A stretch of 64,000 nucleotides of DNA from Somniosus microcephalus (lineage: Eukaryota). Shown here in pieces: positions 12,775-26,412 of the stretch. The notes beneath the pieces were generated by a model. It did not search any database. It was not told where the DNA came from and saw only the letters and a list, made by a program, of their open reading frames with translations. The translations under genes and the position numbers were made by a program. The stretch lies in contig JBMRGM010000040.1 in assembly GCA_052327205.1 (NCBI GenBank), positions 35,836,001 to 35,900,000 of the forward strand. The letters run 5' to 3'. Numbering within the stretch: position 1 is the stretch's first letter; each line of letters begins with the position of its first letter.

Positions 12775-13742
12775 CTGTAAGAGAGAGAAAAGGGAAGCGG
12801 ATAAATTACTGATCAGACCTGGAGCCAAAGCAGCAGTTTGACGGGCTCTGGGTGAACATTCCAGCTTTGTTGCTGCATCGAGCGGTGGATACCGGTTCAT
12901 TGACCTGGGCAGCGCTTTCGGGCAGTGAAATGTTTTTAAACATGATTATCGATAATACATTGGGAAATCGATGCAGAAAGTGAATAAAGTGAGCGCCGGA
13001 TCCACTGGAAGGGTCGAGTCAAGGGTACAGTGCTGGTGGGGAAGGGAGAAGGGATTTTACAGATCCGGAATCCAAAGTGTTGTATCCGGTTTTTGGGCTC
13101 CTGACTGAAAGCCTGGAAGGTGCGGGGACAGAGGGAGGTGCTGCTGATCTGTTGCTCTTGATTAACAGAGCCGACAGGGGCTGGCACATTACGGTAAATG
13201 CCGAGAGCCGCTGAGTTTGAGGCTTCGGATCGGATTGAAAGAGGCAGCTGGAGGGCGAGCCAGTGAGTGAGAGTGGGAGGGAGACAAGGAAAAGGACATG
13301 TGGGAGTTGGAGGGGAGTCAGGGGCTGAAGGTTTAGGAAAGCGGATAATCTGAAACAATGGAAGAGGAGACAGAAGGTTCACTGCCAGGGGAGGAGAGGA
13401 TGTGATTCGCAGGGAGAGTGCAGCAGAGTGTTAGAGGAAATCTAATACATAGATCGAAGTAACACAACTTAATTCATACATTCTCCCATTAATATATGTG
13501 ATTAATGATGTCACATACGAACTCGTTGGAGACATAATGTGTTCTATAAATTTACTTAGCATATTCAATTAAAATGACACTAAAAATGTAATAATTTAAC
13601 CAGCCTCGCTTTTAGTTAATTATGATCTAGCCGAGTTTTTAAAATGGAGTATCCTCATGACGATCAACAAATGCCTGATTCTATTTTTCAATACCATTCA
13701 ATTATATTTTCATTTATACAGTTAATAAGCTTGAGCACAATA

Positions 13743-13885
13743 GGAAAATAGTACGAATGCGGGAAATCTGAAACAGCAACAGAAATGCTGGAAACACTCA
13801 GTTCTGATGACCTGTTATCGACCTGAAATGTTAACTCTGCATCTCTCTCTACGATGCTGCCTGAACTGCTGTGTGTTTCCAGAAT
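13743..13885. mobile_element. Short Penelope-associated terminal repeat fragment in the GPCR intron
   Basis: Resembles 9343-9470 (gaaatc.gaaa.a.caacagaaa.tgctggaa). Confidence 0.5.
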
Positions 13886-15028
13886 AAGTTTCAGCTGTTC
13901 ATTCCGATTAATTATTCACACTGCTGTCTCTGTCTCTCTCCCTTCATTCTACCCGGCGTTATCCTTCTAAGTCTGTCTGTTGATTGCTCCACTCTATCTC
14001 CCTGCAATATCTCTGCTGTCTCTCTCAATGCCCCTTTTCAAATCCGAATTAATCCTACATCTTGCGCCTGAATTCTGTTCAACATTCCCATGTTCAATGA
14101 TCTTATTCTCTGAGTCAGTTTGTTCAATGTTGTAGACTCCGTGAATAGTTTAATATTTCTGCAGATCACCGAAGTCTCCACTTGTTCGCCTTCACCTCAT
14201 CTGTAATGCCTGCAATAAACAGAACATAATGTCTCTTCCAGATAGACCCGGCAATAATTGATGCCCCTTCTCCTGTAATTATAAAGTACAACGTTAGATG
14301 GCGCGATTGTTGAATTAACAAAACGCCAAAACCACCACTGCTCCTTATAATCTCCATGATCAATAGAAGTGCTCCTGCTTCCAACAGATACATTGCAAAC
14401 TGACACAGCATAACCCCAAAACATTTAATTTTACAATGAAGTCCAACGACAGTCAGTGAATCCATCCGCATTGAAGCAGCGAAGGAGATGTTAAAGAGTG
14501 AGGAGCAAACTCATTTCAGTCGCCAGACCTCTGAAACGGCGTCAGATACAGACACTGCAAAATAATATTGCACAACAGTGAAAGACATTACATACATTGA
14601 AATCCCAGTTAAACAGAACCATGTTATTGTGGGGAGGACATTACACCGCCTCCTTGGAACACTGAGACCGTGAGCTGCCTCATTATCAATCACTGGAAAC
14701 ACATTCATGAAAAAAATATTTCAGGACAGATTACTTCCACATCGTGAAACTGTGAACTACTTCTGATGGTCTGATTCCTGCTTTTAGCTCTGTCTCCAAT
14801 ACAGGCAGTGAAGAAAATAAACCTGGAACACTACCAGGGATGGGTAAACAAATATCATTATGGATATAACGCAGCTATTACAAAACTTCAGAAAAATTGT
14901 ACAATCCCTCATTCAACTGATGGAGCAGAACAGATGATCGTGTAACACATGCTTCTAGAAATCAATGGCCAAGTCCAGCAGCACAGTTGCCACAGATTTA
15001 ACCATAACGAGCTAGGATAACGGCTCAC

Positions 15029-15098
15029 CAGAAACTCCAACGGCTGCAATAACAGGATAGTAAATGTCTTCTATCTGATAGACTACTGGATATCCCAT
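15029..15098 (-). CDS. GPR139-like GPCR coding exon 1 (MGYPVVYQIEDIYYPVIAAVGVS)
   Basis: ATG at 15098; 70 nt ending in G|GTGAGC donor. Phase 1 matches exon 2 and completes TM1 (YYPVIAAVGVSVNLVAIVIL); spliced product is 324 aa. Confidence 0.82.
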
Positions 15099-15183
15099 TT
15101 CTGTGAGAAGGGGTGACTTTTGTGGGAGTGGAACCCACAGTTCCGGCAGGCACTCTGAGCTGATACTATGCAATGGGCCCTGA

Positions 15184-15220
15184 TTTATACAGGAAATAAG
15201 TCTCCACTGACACTTTTATA
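15184..15220 (-). promoter_or_regulatory. Candidate TATA boxes of the GPCR gene
   Basis: Minus-strand TATAAAA (15220-15214) and TATAAA (15189-15184), about 90-120 nt upstream of the ATG. Confidence 0.4.
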
Positions 15221-15779
15221 CCCCTGATCATTGCTATTAGTTACAGACACATGAACAAATACATTACATCAAGACCTATGAGTCTGAAGTAAGTAATGTG
15301 GTGGATAAATCACAAACAACTCAAAGTCAAGGGCATTATCCTCATCAGACCTCGCTGGGGAATGAGGCTGAAAGCTGTGCTCATTCAGGACTGACCCAAC
15401 AAAAGGGGCGGCTCCATTTACAGTTATCATGTAATTGTATTGACCATGTTCACTCCTACCGGTTCATTTATAAATGTTATTTATTTCTCCGCAGTGTATA
15501 AAGAATCCAGATACACAAGCAGACCCCTTTCAAGCTGTCCCTGTAGATTCACAATTAAAAGTTTGATGTATCAGTCCCTAGCACAAGGACAGTTAAAGAT
15601 GATGTTCACTATTGAAGCCTAGAAATTACTGTGCGTGATATTAGGGGACGGAAAGTGAACGTGCCTCATTGACATTCCTATCTCCGCTATTTTACTGCAG
15701 ATGTTTACCATTTATTCTACATGGGTTAACAGATCCCATAAAGTTAGAACAGTGCCACCTCCTGACTACATTCCTCCAA

Positions 15780-16650
15780 TTCTCTCCTGGCCAGCCATCC
15801 AACCTGTACCTTTTATCAATGCCAACCAGTCCTAAATTCTGCTGTCAGTGTCCAGCACTGCCCAAGTCCCACTCGCCCATTGCTCTCGGTCTCACTGAGC
15901 TCCAGTGTCTCCCAGAAACCCCACCTCGAAGGTTTACATTTAAAATTCTGATCTTGGAGTTTAAATCCTCCATGGCCTCACCCCTCGCCAATTCCACCCT
16001 CTCATCCTACCCTGCAGTTAACCCACCCATGGTCTTGCATACCTCTGCCTCTGGCTTCTTTTGGTGGGACTGCCTCTCTCGGTTCCAGTCTTACCAAACT
16101 GACCATAGCCAGAGCATCTCCAGCAACGTCTTAACTTTCCATACCAGCAGCGTTAACTCTCGAGTCTCTGAACTTTCCATTCTTGCCCCGCCTCTTCCTC
16201 ATCTACATGCTGCCTTTTGTGACATAAGCTACAGACATGGGGTCAGCGTCCACATGTCTGCTGACAAGACCCAGCTCCAGCTCTCCACCATCTCTGTCTA
16301 CACTCCACTACCTCTGTGTTATCAGACTGCAACAGTCTGTTTTGCATGAGCTGCGATTTGTTCCACACGGTGAAGACCAACCCTCCACTATTGGCCCCAC
16401 CACAATCTGCTAACCCTTTTCAACGATTCCATTCCCCCTCCTGGCTGTTGTCTCAGGCTGAATATGTAACCTCTGACCCCTATTTGTCCTGTGCTATGCT
16501 ACCGAGCTCGTATCCTCTCAATCACAAGAGACACCTAATTCCGCCCCCATAATAACGCCGGCCTCTGCCCCTGCCTCAGCCCATCGGCATTAAAACCATC
16601 AATCAGGAGTTTATCAGCTCCAGACTCTCCGTCCTCTCCTCCAATCTGTC
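15780..16650 (+). mobile_element. Degraded L2/CR1-group LINE fragments
   Basis: HGVSVHMSADKTQLQLS corresponds to the L2-type HxYADDTQLYLS RT motif. Confidence 0.55.
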
Positions 16651-16754
16651 TCCTTTTCATTCCTCGGACACTGGCCTCTCTTTGGTAGGGCTTGACTTGC
16701 TGGTTTCCATGATTATCTATCTGATCGGAAACAGGGAATAGAGAGATGTAACGA

Positions 16755-17375
16755 CACAGAAGGGGGTCCTTTGGACCATCGAGCCCATACCGGCCCTCTG
16801 CACAGCAATCGAGTCAATCCCATTCCCCCGCTCTATCCCCGTAGGCCTGATACTTTATTTCTCTCAAATGCCGATGCAGTCTCCCCTTGAAAATATTGAG
16901 TATCTCCGCTTCCATCACTTCTGTCGGCAGCGAGTTCCAGGACCTCAACACTTGCTGCGAAAAAAGGTTTTTCCTCACAACCCCGCTGTAACTCTTGCCC
17001 AAAACCGTAAGTCTGTGTCCCCTAGTCCCTGTACCATTAACTACTGGGAACAGCCTGTGCCCGACTAGCCTATCCAAACCCGTCATATTATTGTACACTT
17101 CTATCAAATCACCCATCCACCTCCTTTGCACAAATGAAAACAAATCCAACTGCTACAACCTGTCCTTGTAGCTAAGATGCCCCATCGCCGGAATCATTTT
17201 GGTATATCTCCTCAGCGCCCGCTCAAGTCCCTTCACATCCTTCCTAAGTGTGGTGACAAGGACTGGATGCAATACTCAAGTTGTGGCCTAACTATCAATT
17301 TATAAAGATTCAGCATAACATCTCTACTATTGTACTCAATGCCCCTATTTATGAAGCCCAACATCCCATATAAGA
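16755..17375 (-). mobile_element. CR1 LINE 3' fragment
   Basis: IVRPQLEYCIQSLSPH, GDLIEVY and TRGHRL...WNSLP motifs followed by a CR1-type 3' tail. Confidence 0.85.
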
Positions 17376-18429
17376 TACCATATCTCCAGCAATGGTTTCT
17401 CTCACAATCATCTCCGGCCCACAGCACCGTTCCCTATGATGCCACCCAGGTATCTATCGTCCCCGTCTCTTGTTCCTCATCTACATGCTTCTTCCATATA
17501 TATGGGATCTGCTTTTATATGTAAGTTGTCAGTACAAGTTTTAACACTCCATTCACTCTCTAGAGCCCGCTACCTGTGTTGTCAGACTACTTGTCCCACA
17601 TTCTATTTGGATGAGCCACAATTTTCTCCAATCAAACATTGGCAAGACTAAAGGCCTCATCTTAGCCCCAGCCACATTCCACTTTTGATCAATAGTCCAA
17701 ATCAACTTATCGATGTTCCTTGTAATTCAAGTTACTTGTGCAGCTGTGTCTATTAAAGACTCTGAACCATATCAATATCTGCTTCTTTCCTGATTAGAAC
17801 TCGGCCCTTATTGTCAATATCCCGACTGGTATGATTTTATATTCTCTAATACGAAACCACAGACTGTCAATATTGTTGGCTTGAGTGAAGTGACTTCTTC
17901 TGTGCAGTGTCTTGTCTCCATTTCCTATTTATTCGAGGTTTTGTGTTTAATTCTCCACATTGCCCATTCATTGCCCTAAAATTGTTTTCCTCCATTACAA
18001 TCAGACCCACTATGTTGCAGGACCAGTTTGTGAGGTTCTAAGAAATTTAAGGTATTTGTTATGGCCGAGCTATTTCGTGATGCCCTGCTCTCATATTGCA
18101 GTGAAGTGCCTGCCAGGGACATCATATGAATGCAGCCGTTTGGCAAGTGTCTCGGAACAGAAACCAAATTGGAACAATTGGAATGGTGCAAAAATCGAAC
18201 TTTTTCAGACCAGACAAACTCACCTGTAGTCGGCGGGTTTCGAAACTCCATCAGCGATTTCTGATTCAACGCCTTACTGCTCACCTTAGATGGCTGCTGC
18301 TTTTGGCTGCAATTTCGGTGCCTGCGATCCAAATGCTTTGGTGCACCAGCCAGTTGGGGATCTGTGGAGAATTCAACTTTCATTGCTCAGCTTATCTGGG
18401 CAGCGATTCCAAGTTCAGCGACATTATTT

Positions 18430-19865
18430 ATTCGTTGATGGGCTGTGGGCTTCACTGGAAAGGCCAGCATTTATTGCCCATCCCTAATTACCCTTGTGAA
18501 GTTGGTGGTGAGCTGCAGTCGGTGTGGTGAATTTACTCCCACTGTGCTGTTATGGAGGGAGTTCCAAGATTTTACCCAGCACTGATGAAGGAATGGTGAT
18601 ATACTTCCCTGTCAGGGTGGTGCGTAACTTGGATGGGAACTTGTGGGTGATAATGTTCCCATGCACATGCTGCACTTCTCCTTCCTGGTGGTAGAGGTCC
18701 CGGGTTTGGGCAGTGCTGTCGAAGAAGCCTTGGCGATTTGCTGCGGTTCATGTTGTAGATGGTGCACACTGCAGCCACTGTACGCCGGTGGTGGAGGGAG
18801 GGAATATTTAATGTGGTGGATGGGTGCTGGTCAAGCGAGCTGCTTTGTCCTGGATGGTGACAAATTTCTTGAGTTTTGTTTTAGTTGCAGTCATCCAGGC
18901 AAGTGAAAACTATTTCATCACACTCCTTACTTGTGCCTTGTAGATCATGGAAAGGCATTGGTGATTCAGGAGGTGAGACGCTCGCCACAGAATACCCAGC
19001 ATCTGAAATACTCTTGTGGCTTCAAACTTATGAGGCTGCTCCAATAATGCTTCAAGACAATGGTAACCTGCAGGATGAAAACGCTAGGGCTTAGGCGATG
19101 GTAATACCATTGAAAATAAAGGGCGCTGTTTATAATCACTTCTTGGAGGTAGTCATTGCCTGGCACTTATGTGGTGTGAATGTTACTTGCCACTTATCAA
19201 GCCAAGCTATGAAGTTTTGATGCATGCGGACATGGACTGCTTCATTATCTGAGGAGTTGCGAATGGCACTGAGCACTTTCCAAAAATCAGTGAGTATCCC
19301 CAATTCTGAAATTCTGACGGAATGAAGCACACTGATGAAGCAGCTGCAGATGGTTGGACCTAGAACCCTGCCGTGTGGAGCTCCTGCAGCACTGTCCAAC
19401 GACTGAGATGATTGGCTTCCAACGACCACAAACATCTTCCTTTATGCTAGGCATGACTCCAGCCAGTGGAAAGTTTCCCACCTGATTCGCATTGACTTCA
19501 ATTTTAATGGGTTCCTTGATGGCACCTCACCACTGTATTTCAACTCTTTTGTGCATGTTCGGAACAAGGCTCTACTGAGGTCTGGAGCCGGGTGGTCCTG
19601 GCAGAACCCAAAACTGAGCATGTCAGTTTGCTGATGATTCAGGGTAAATTGATGATGCGGTAATTGGCTGGATGGGATTTGTTCTGCTTTTAGTGTAAGG
19701 GACATACCTGGGCTGTTTTCCAATTGTCGGGTACATGCCATTGTTGTAGCTGTACTGGAACAGCTTGGCTAGAGGTGCGGCTAGTAAAGGAGCACAAGTA
19801 TTCCGCACGACAGGCGCGATGTTGTCAGGGCCGAGAGCCTTTGCTGGGTCAAGTGCGCTCAGTGC
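18430..19865 (-). mobile_element. Degraded CR1-group LINE RT fragment (different family)
   Basis: LAAPLAKLFQYSY, GAPHGRVLGPTICSCFI (the PQGSVLGP motif) and WLDKWQVTFTPHKCQAM. Confidence 0.75.
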
Positions 19866-19869
19866 TCCC

Positions 19870-21450
19870 TGTTAGGGTGCAGCATTATATGCCCAGTGCT
19901 GTCTAAGTTCCACCGTTCTTTATCAGATGCCATGGGGATTCTTCATATTGTTTATGTATCGTCCTATGCCAGAGCCTTCAATCACTCCGGAAGACTCTAG
20001 CTGGTACACTTTCAAAGGTTACCTCTAATTCTTTGCTAACAATGGTAGTACTAGTACCACTGCTGTGATATCCTCGTCCCGGACTTTATTTCGAGCGACT
20101 AATAAAGCTATTCCCAGCTGAACCATCATATTATTTGCTATATCCGCGATTTCTTTGAAGCATTTTACTCAGTTGGTGTTCATGAATACACAAAATGATT
20201 CGACTGGACTCTCTTTCGTCCACTCCCTTCTGTAAAACATTTATCACAAATGTCACATGCAGGCTGCACATGCCACTTCTAGAAAGGTCCTGATATTAGT
20301 TAGACTCATTGGTTGCTCGTATTACCCTTGAATTCCCAAGCTCTCGCATCAATTCTTCCGCAGACAACAATGTCTTCTAATGCTTCATTACATCATCACC
20401 TTCCCAGAAACTATCTATGTCTCTCTGTTTAGTCCTGCTAACCCTGTCGTGGCTTCTATTACTAGTCATTATGTCAACCCTCGCTTTCTTAGAGATTGTA
20501 ACTGATTCTCCTTATCTTCCCTATCTTCCACAGCACATGGTTCCTGTTTTCTATTTAAACTCACAATTCCTTCACTAATTCTACCACCGTTTTTTATTTA
20601 ATTGTGAACAACTCCCTTCACAAATCTTCACAAAGCTTTTATTTATCACAATAGGTATGATTTCATGCGGAGCATCGTAACATAATGCTGTTCCTGATTC
20701 CATTACATCTAGACTATTAACATATGTTTATTATTGCTGGACTGGACAGTTCATTCCTTTAGATGGCGTGTCATTTTTGTGTACATGGTTAGTTTGTCAG
20801 TGCCAGAATGATGACTCCATTCGTCCCACCCCCATCATCACAGTGCATGACTTCCCTTCTCAATTCTATATGATGTCTCAACATCCGTAACCAATTTACT
20901 GTTTGGGTCAGGGTATATCCCATCCACTCGGATTTAGGGGAACCTTCCTGGTCTCTGTGGGACTCTCAATCTTCCTAGAGAGTCCGGCTTATGTCTCTTT
21001 CTGCAATAACATTGAAAATATGTTTTGAGAGGCTATTCCTCGGCTTGTCACTGAATCGGGATTACAAGATAGAGCTTGATGTCCAAACCCAACCTATTTT
21101 GTGTCCTATTCTTCCTCATTTAAGTCACATCTTACTTAGATCCATATTTTGGAGGCTATAAGATATGGCCTCCTTGTCTCCAATTTTCAGCTTGTAGCTG
21201 CTTTCAATACAACCAAGGCCCCTTGTCCAGATAGAGACAAGGGTTAGGCCTTCCTTATCTTTGTTTTCATCCTCCCTACAAGGTTTCTTTGTTCAAAAGT
21301 TAATGGGTGCCTTGAAACTAACTGTAAGGATATCCTAACTTTAACACCATTCTGCTTAATTTTAATTGTAGTCCCTCTTACAGGTACCAACGTGTTTTAA
21401 TCGTTCTTTATTGCTTCGACGTCGGCGTATATGACTGTGCCTTGAAGATT
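19870..21450 (-). pseudogene. Possible highly degraded retroviral-like remnant (integrase C-terminus plus env-like fusion protein)
   Basis: Manual translation gives broken motifs GQGALVVLK, RPYLIASK and LDIKLY, then LRKRGL...ATTGLAGLNR-DIDS and VVLVLPLL...PLKVYQLESSGVI; many stops and frameshifts. Confidence 0.35.
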
Positions 21451-24400
21451 TTTATTAAATCTGAATATGCTGAGCTACATTAACCATTTCATATCCATAA
21501 CTGAGAATGTCTGATATCAGTTCTGCAGTGCAAATTCACCGTGTTTCCGTATTCTAGTTGATTTCCACAGAAGAAATCACATTTGCAATATCAAGCGATA
21601 TGTAAAATCTGATTAAAACCGTTCCTGGGCTTTCAGGTGAATTTATCAAAAGATCGGAGGTGTCTGGAGATATTTGCTCATCTACACCTTGTAAGCTGCA
21701 ATACACGTAACAAAACCGCTGCTACGGAGTGGAGATCGAAATTGTGAGCGAATTTTGAGATGATCACTGATGGATTAAAAATGGCAGATGTCAGCATGGG
21801 ATCCTTTGTCTGTACGGATTCAAAATGCAGGTGGTCAGCATAATGTCCTCTGTTTGGAAGAACACATGGACAGGAAAGAGAAATACCAGATGAAGAGGAA
21901 GTCACGTCCACACACACATCACAAGAATATGAACATGTCATGCAGAAAGAACTCCAATCAGGGATGGTTGGGATTCAAACTGGCCTATCAGAGGCAGGCA
22001 GATGGAGAAATACCAGGGAGCCTATGCCGGAGGGCTCTATACAGGAAAAAAACAGGAGCGAAAACATTAGACGGGCAAAGGGGGCTGTTGAAATGGCAAG
22101 TTGATGAGAACCATTTCCAGACTGATCACACGTGGAGGAGTGTATGTATTTATTTATGAAAGTCAGATATGCAGTGGATATATTGCTGGGGATATATTGT
22201 TGGGGGTAATTTTATATATGGTTACTGTGGGCATATAAATTGCAGGGATACTTTTATGAACGTTCGAATAAAGTGTGCACATATATATAGCCAGGGTGAT
22301 ATATTGCTGGGGGTACATCTAAGTATGGATTTATTAAAGTGTGGGCATATATGCACATATTATGGATGTACATTTATGTACTCAACTGTGGCCACATACA
22401 TTGCCAGAGTGAATTAATATACTGCGGGCATAGGCATCGCCGATGGTGCTTCTATGTAAGCTTTTATTTTTAAATTGTAAAGTGAATAAAGACCACTTTT
22501 AGTGATCACAAACTTACCTGTCATTGTTGTTTTAATTCTCAAATACCGAACAGTAGTAGGAGAAAGTCGTAGACATGTATGGTCCAGATGTCTCTTGTAG
22601 TGGCCAGATTATCAAATGCAGTTTGCTTATTTTTCAGAAGCAACGAGTCAACTATCTCCAAGAGAAAGCTGTCAGTTTAGTATTCTTGACTATACATTCC
22701 TAACGTTCCCTGAATTTCGCAGTAATATCTGTTGGATATCTGTGGTGAATTGCATTCAGGTGACTTATTCCAATTCACCTCAGAAATTCATTTTCCTTTT
22801 TTTTACCATATAGCCTCAACCAATTCGTCTCATTCAATTTTACACAGTGATTAACATTTCATCTGATTCATGAGCCTGCCAGGAAATGTACCGTCCAATA
22901 CATTATGATCATAAGATCATTGAGATATTGGTCAAACCTTGTCCAATGTTTTACTGTTTCGTTTAGTTACATTTTACTTAACCAAACATATTGTTGGACC
23001 CTCTATTTTCCAAATTACCTGATATGTTATGCCTCGTTCCATTTTATCTTTAGGAAATGATTCCAATTTCAAAGAGCAGTTTTGTTTGACTGACAGACCT
23101 TTGCAATATTCAATTTTATTAGCTCAAAAAAAATCTTCCTTGATATAAAGGAATCAACTGGGCTGCACTTCACTCTTTCCATTCAATATAAATGTGAATG
23201 TCCCGTTAAACTTCAGGTAAACACATATCAATTTTTCTTATTAATTCCAAATCCAGAAACACGTGATGCCCAGGATGAATGGTTTTACATTAGAGACAGA
23301 ATTGTTTGCAATTACTTTGAAGGTAACTTCCATAAAAGCCCCCTCCAGAGCACTCTGATGCAAAAGATAATAAATGGTTTGACTGGTAAAGGCCGAGTCT
23401 TTGAAAGGCAAGAGCTATATTCGAGATCATGACCATTCTGTGCCGTTTAATGCAGATAAGGTCTCAAATTGTTAAATCAGGTGGATGTCATCAACCTCCA
23501 TCTGGTCCAGGAAACGGCATTCTCCTGTTTATAAGAAAAGAGAAACAGAGAACCAATGTGGTTCGGCTTACAAGCCCAAGGGGTTAGTTTATCAGTTTAT
23601 AATTTACTTCTGTCAAGGTTGGGAAATAACCATTTAAATAATGAATTTAATATTTATTAATGCCCAATATATAAATGTACATTCAGCAATGAAATATGAG
23701 ATGCCCGTTGTATTAAAAAGACAGCTGTCAGTGGAAAGGGTTAACTCCGTTGGAGGTTTATAAGAAGGTGGAGAGAAACATTGTCAGAGACCGTTGCATA
23801 ACTTCATCTAAATTTAAATAAAACTTTCCGAATCCAAAAAGAACCAAACATAATGTTATTGTTTTCAGTCATTGAACTTTTTCAAACTTGCTCAAAATGT
23901 CCTGATAAAATCAAACTGCAGAATCGAATTTCAGATTTTCCTTTATTTCGAATTTTCACAACGTGAACCAGGAAGGCATAAACATGTTAGAATTGCTTTA
24001 TCGATCCCTATCAAATAAAACTCAGTTAAAACAGCAAAAATCGTTAAAACACCACAATAAAAATTAAAGATATTGTGAAACATTTCTGCAGTTCAGTCCT
24101 ACTGCGGGGGGTCTCCCGACCATCACCATACTGCTCGGTAGCAGCAGCATTCCGCTTTGTTCACCCACACCATCAAAATGATTAAAAAGTCAGAATCATC
24201 ACTACTCTTTGTTTCCTTGGCGCTGGTCAAAAATTCAAAATTTCCAGTTATTTTTAATAGACTTATGTCTGGAACTAGAGACTTTCACACAACTTACAAC
24301 AACCAGAATGTCTGTGGTCACAGCAAGACACTGGTTTTCACAGTGTAATAGGTGAGTTAATCTGAATAATTCCAATTTAATTCAGGTCAATATATTATTA

Positions 24401-25636
24401 AATAAACACAATAAATAATATAATAATTAAAACAGCATAAAACCTGTTGATATAAACAAATAAATTAAGTCATCATTCCTTGTCTGCCTTCAGCTATTTT
24501 AACAAATAACAGGTAAAATGTTGAATCTAACTGCAGAAAAACGTTTTTTCAATAAAAGACATATTTAACGCTCTTAGCAAAAAGTGAAAAGAGAACAGCG
24601 CTTCCCACAGCTTGTGGGCTCCTAACCATTCCAACAGGCTTTTATAAAGAGACATTGGTTGAAAACAAAATATCTCCTACACGCTGTGACAGTAGAAAAG
24701 GAATAGATTCGTTCCCTATTCTCCTTCTTTATTCCAGCATAAATTACCGTAGATTTTTTCTCTCAACACAAATTAAAATTTATGATTACTTCTGACTTTG
24801 AAAAAACTTAGTGGTTGGGAAAAGATATAATTCCAATTGTAGTTCCAGAAATTGCAGTAATTGAGACCGAAATTTTAATTTCGAGGCGGGTAGGGAACGT
24901 TAGGTGTGCTTTTCAAACGTTCAAATTAATTTAATTTGTAACTTCGCCTTTTTAAAAAATGTCTAAGGTAGTAAGAGATTTTTTTTAACAGTAACCCAAT
25001 TTAAAACAAGTGTTTTGAAGAGTTCAAATTGATTTCCTATCAGACATCATAGCCAACATAACCTTAAAGCTGAATCTTAACTTTGTAAAACAAACTCATT
25101 GGAGCATTTCATCGTTGCACAAATAAATTTTAGTCAATATTCTGCCCTTGCAGCGCGTTCCTATGCAGAGCTAGACAGGTATCTAACAACTTGATATTTT
25201 CCCATAAAAATCACAAGGCTTGACTTTTCTTGTAAACTTTTCTGGAAGATTCTTACTGTGAAACAGAAATACAATACAGAAGTGGAAGCATACATTAGTA
25301 CACAAACACATAACTGATATGCATACACAAACATGGGTAAGCATGAGCAACACAGTACGTTTGGCATGTAACTTACCAAAACACGTGAAAACACAGCTTA
25401 CTGTGAATATACATTTAGCAAACTGAAAGGCATTCTCTTACATTCACTTTAAATTAGCCCTGTAAATATTGCATCAAAATACAGCTACAAGTTAATTGGC
25501 TAGACACAGAGAGCGAGCAATTCACGGCTAGCTGTGCAGGTTTGCTTACAGAGAAAGGTTGCAAAACTAAACATTTTCTGCAAAATATAGGGTACACTAA
25601 TCATCTATAACATTCTCAAGTCGTTACAGACATATA

Positions 25637-26393
25637 GGCCTAGAAATTCAGTTGGTTGCGCCAGCCGTTAGCACCTTAGGAGGAGTAGATGTCGAGCGCT
25701 AGGCGCTTAGTGCCCGGACGCAGTGTGATCTGCGCCTCGCCCCAACTTCAGTAGACATTTAGCGCCGGCGCAAAGTCTTTGCGCGCGCTCAGCTGCGCGC
25801 AGAGATCATTACGTCATTTCCTCATGCAACGTCGTGCAACGCCCTTTGTGCGCCCCCAACTGGATCTTCAGTCGTGCCAGTCCATTGTGTGCCGGGTGGC
25901 CCTAGCGACTGTTGAGTCGAACGGTGCTCAGCCGATGCGGGCCGCGGGGAGCGCAAATTAAAGGGCACTCCTGCTCCTTCTTTGTGAGCGACAAAGGTAG
26001 ATTCATGGTGGTGGTGGTGGTGGTGGTGGTGGTGGTCGTCCGGTACCACATAACAGACTGATGGAGAGAAGCTCGCCTCAAAAACACAAATACAGCGGCC
26101 GTTCAAAAAAACAAATCCACCCTCCCCCTTTAAGAGCTCACCGGAGCCAGAGTGTCTGCCGTCAATCAGCAGCTCGCCGCACCTGCCCTGCACCCAACTT
26201 CTGGTGTTAGCGCCCCGGGCCACCGGCTTAGCGCCTAATGATAGTCGTGCATCGCCTGGTTTAGCGCAGCAGCAACCTCTTAGGGCGATGCGATTGAATA
26301 TCGGCGAAGGGGGCTCGACTTTGCGCCGGGCGCAAACTTTAGCGGCCGCCCGACTTTTCCACCCCAAAAGTGGTTATACTGAATTTCTAGGCC
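25637..26393. mobile_element. Non-autonomous Harbinger-like MITE
   Basis: Perfect 16-bp TIRs GGCCTAGAAATTCAGT / ACTGAATTTCTAGGCC; 3-bp TSD ATA; GC-rich body in AT-rich flanks; internal (GGT)n at ~26007-26035. Confidence 0.85.
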
Positions 26394-26412
26394 ATAGTGT
26401 CCAAGACCGAAA

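Noticed and set aside
14100-15028. Second GPCR suggested by short hydrophobic ORFs
   Set aside because: No 7TM motifs found; the region is best explained as the intron of the GPR139-like gene.
21661-22575. Possible solo LTR (TGTCT...AGACA with AATAAA near 22485)
   Set aside because: No matching TSD, no second copy in the window and no PBS or PPT; not supportable without a search.
25822-26367. 181-aa ORF with a poly-His tract
   Set aside because: Lies inside a MITE; the His run is a (GGT)n microsatellite.
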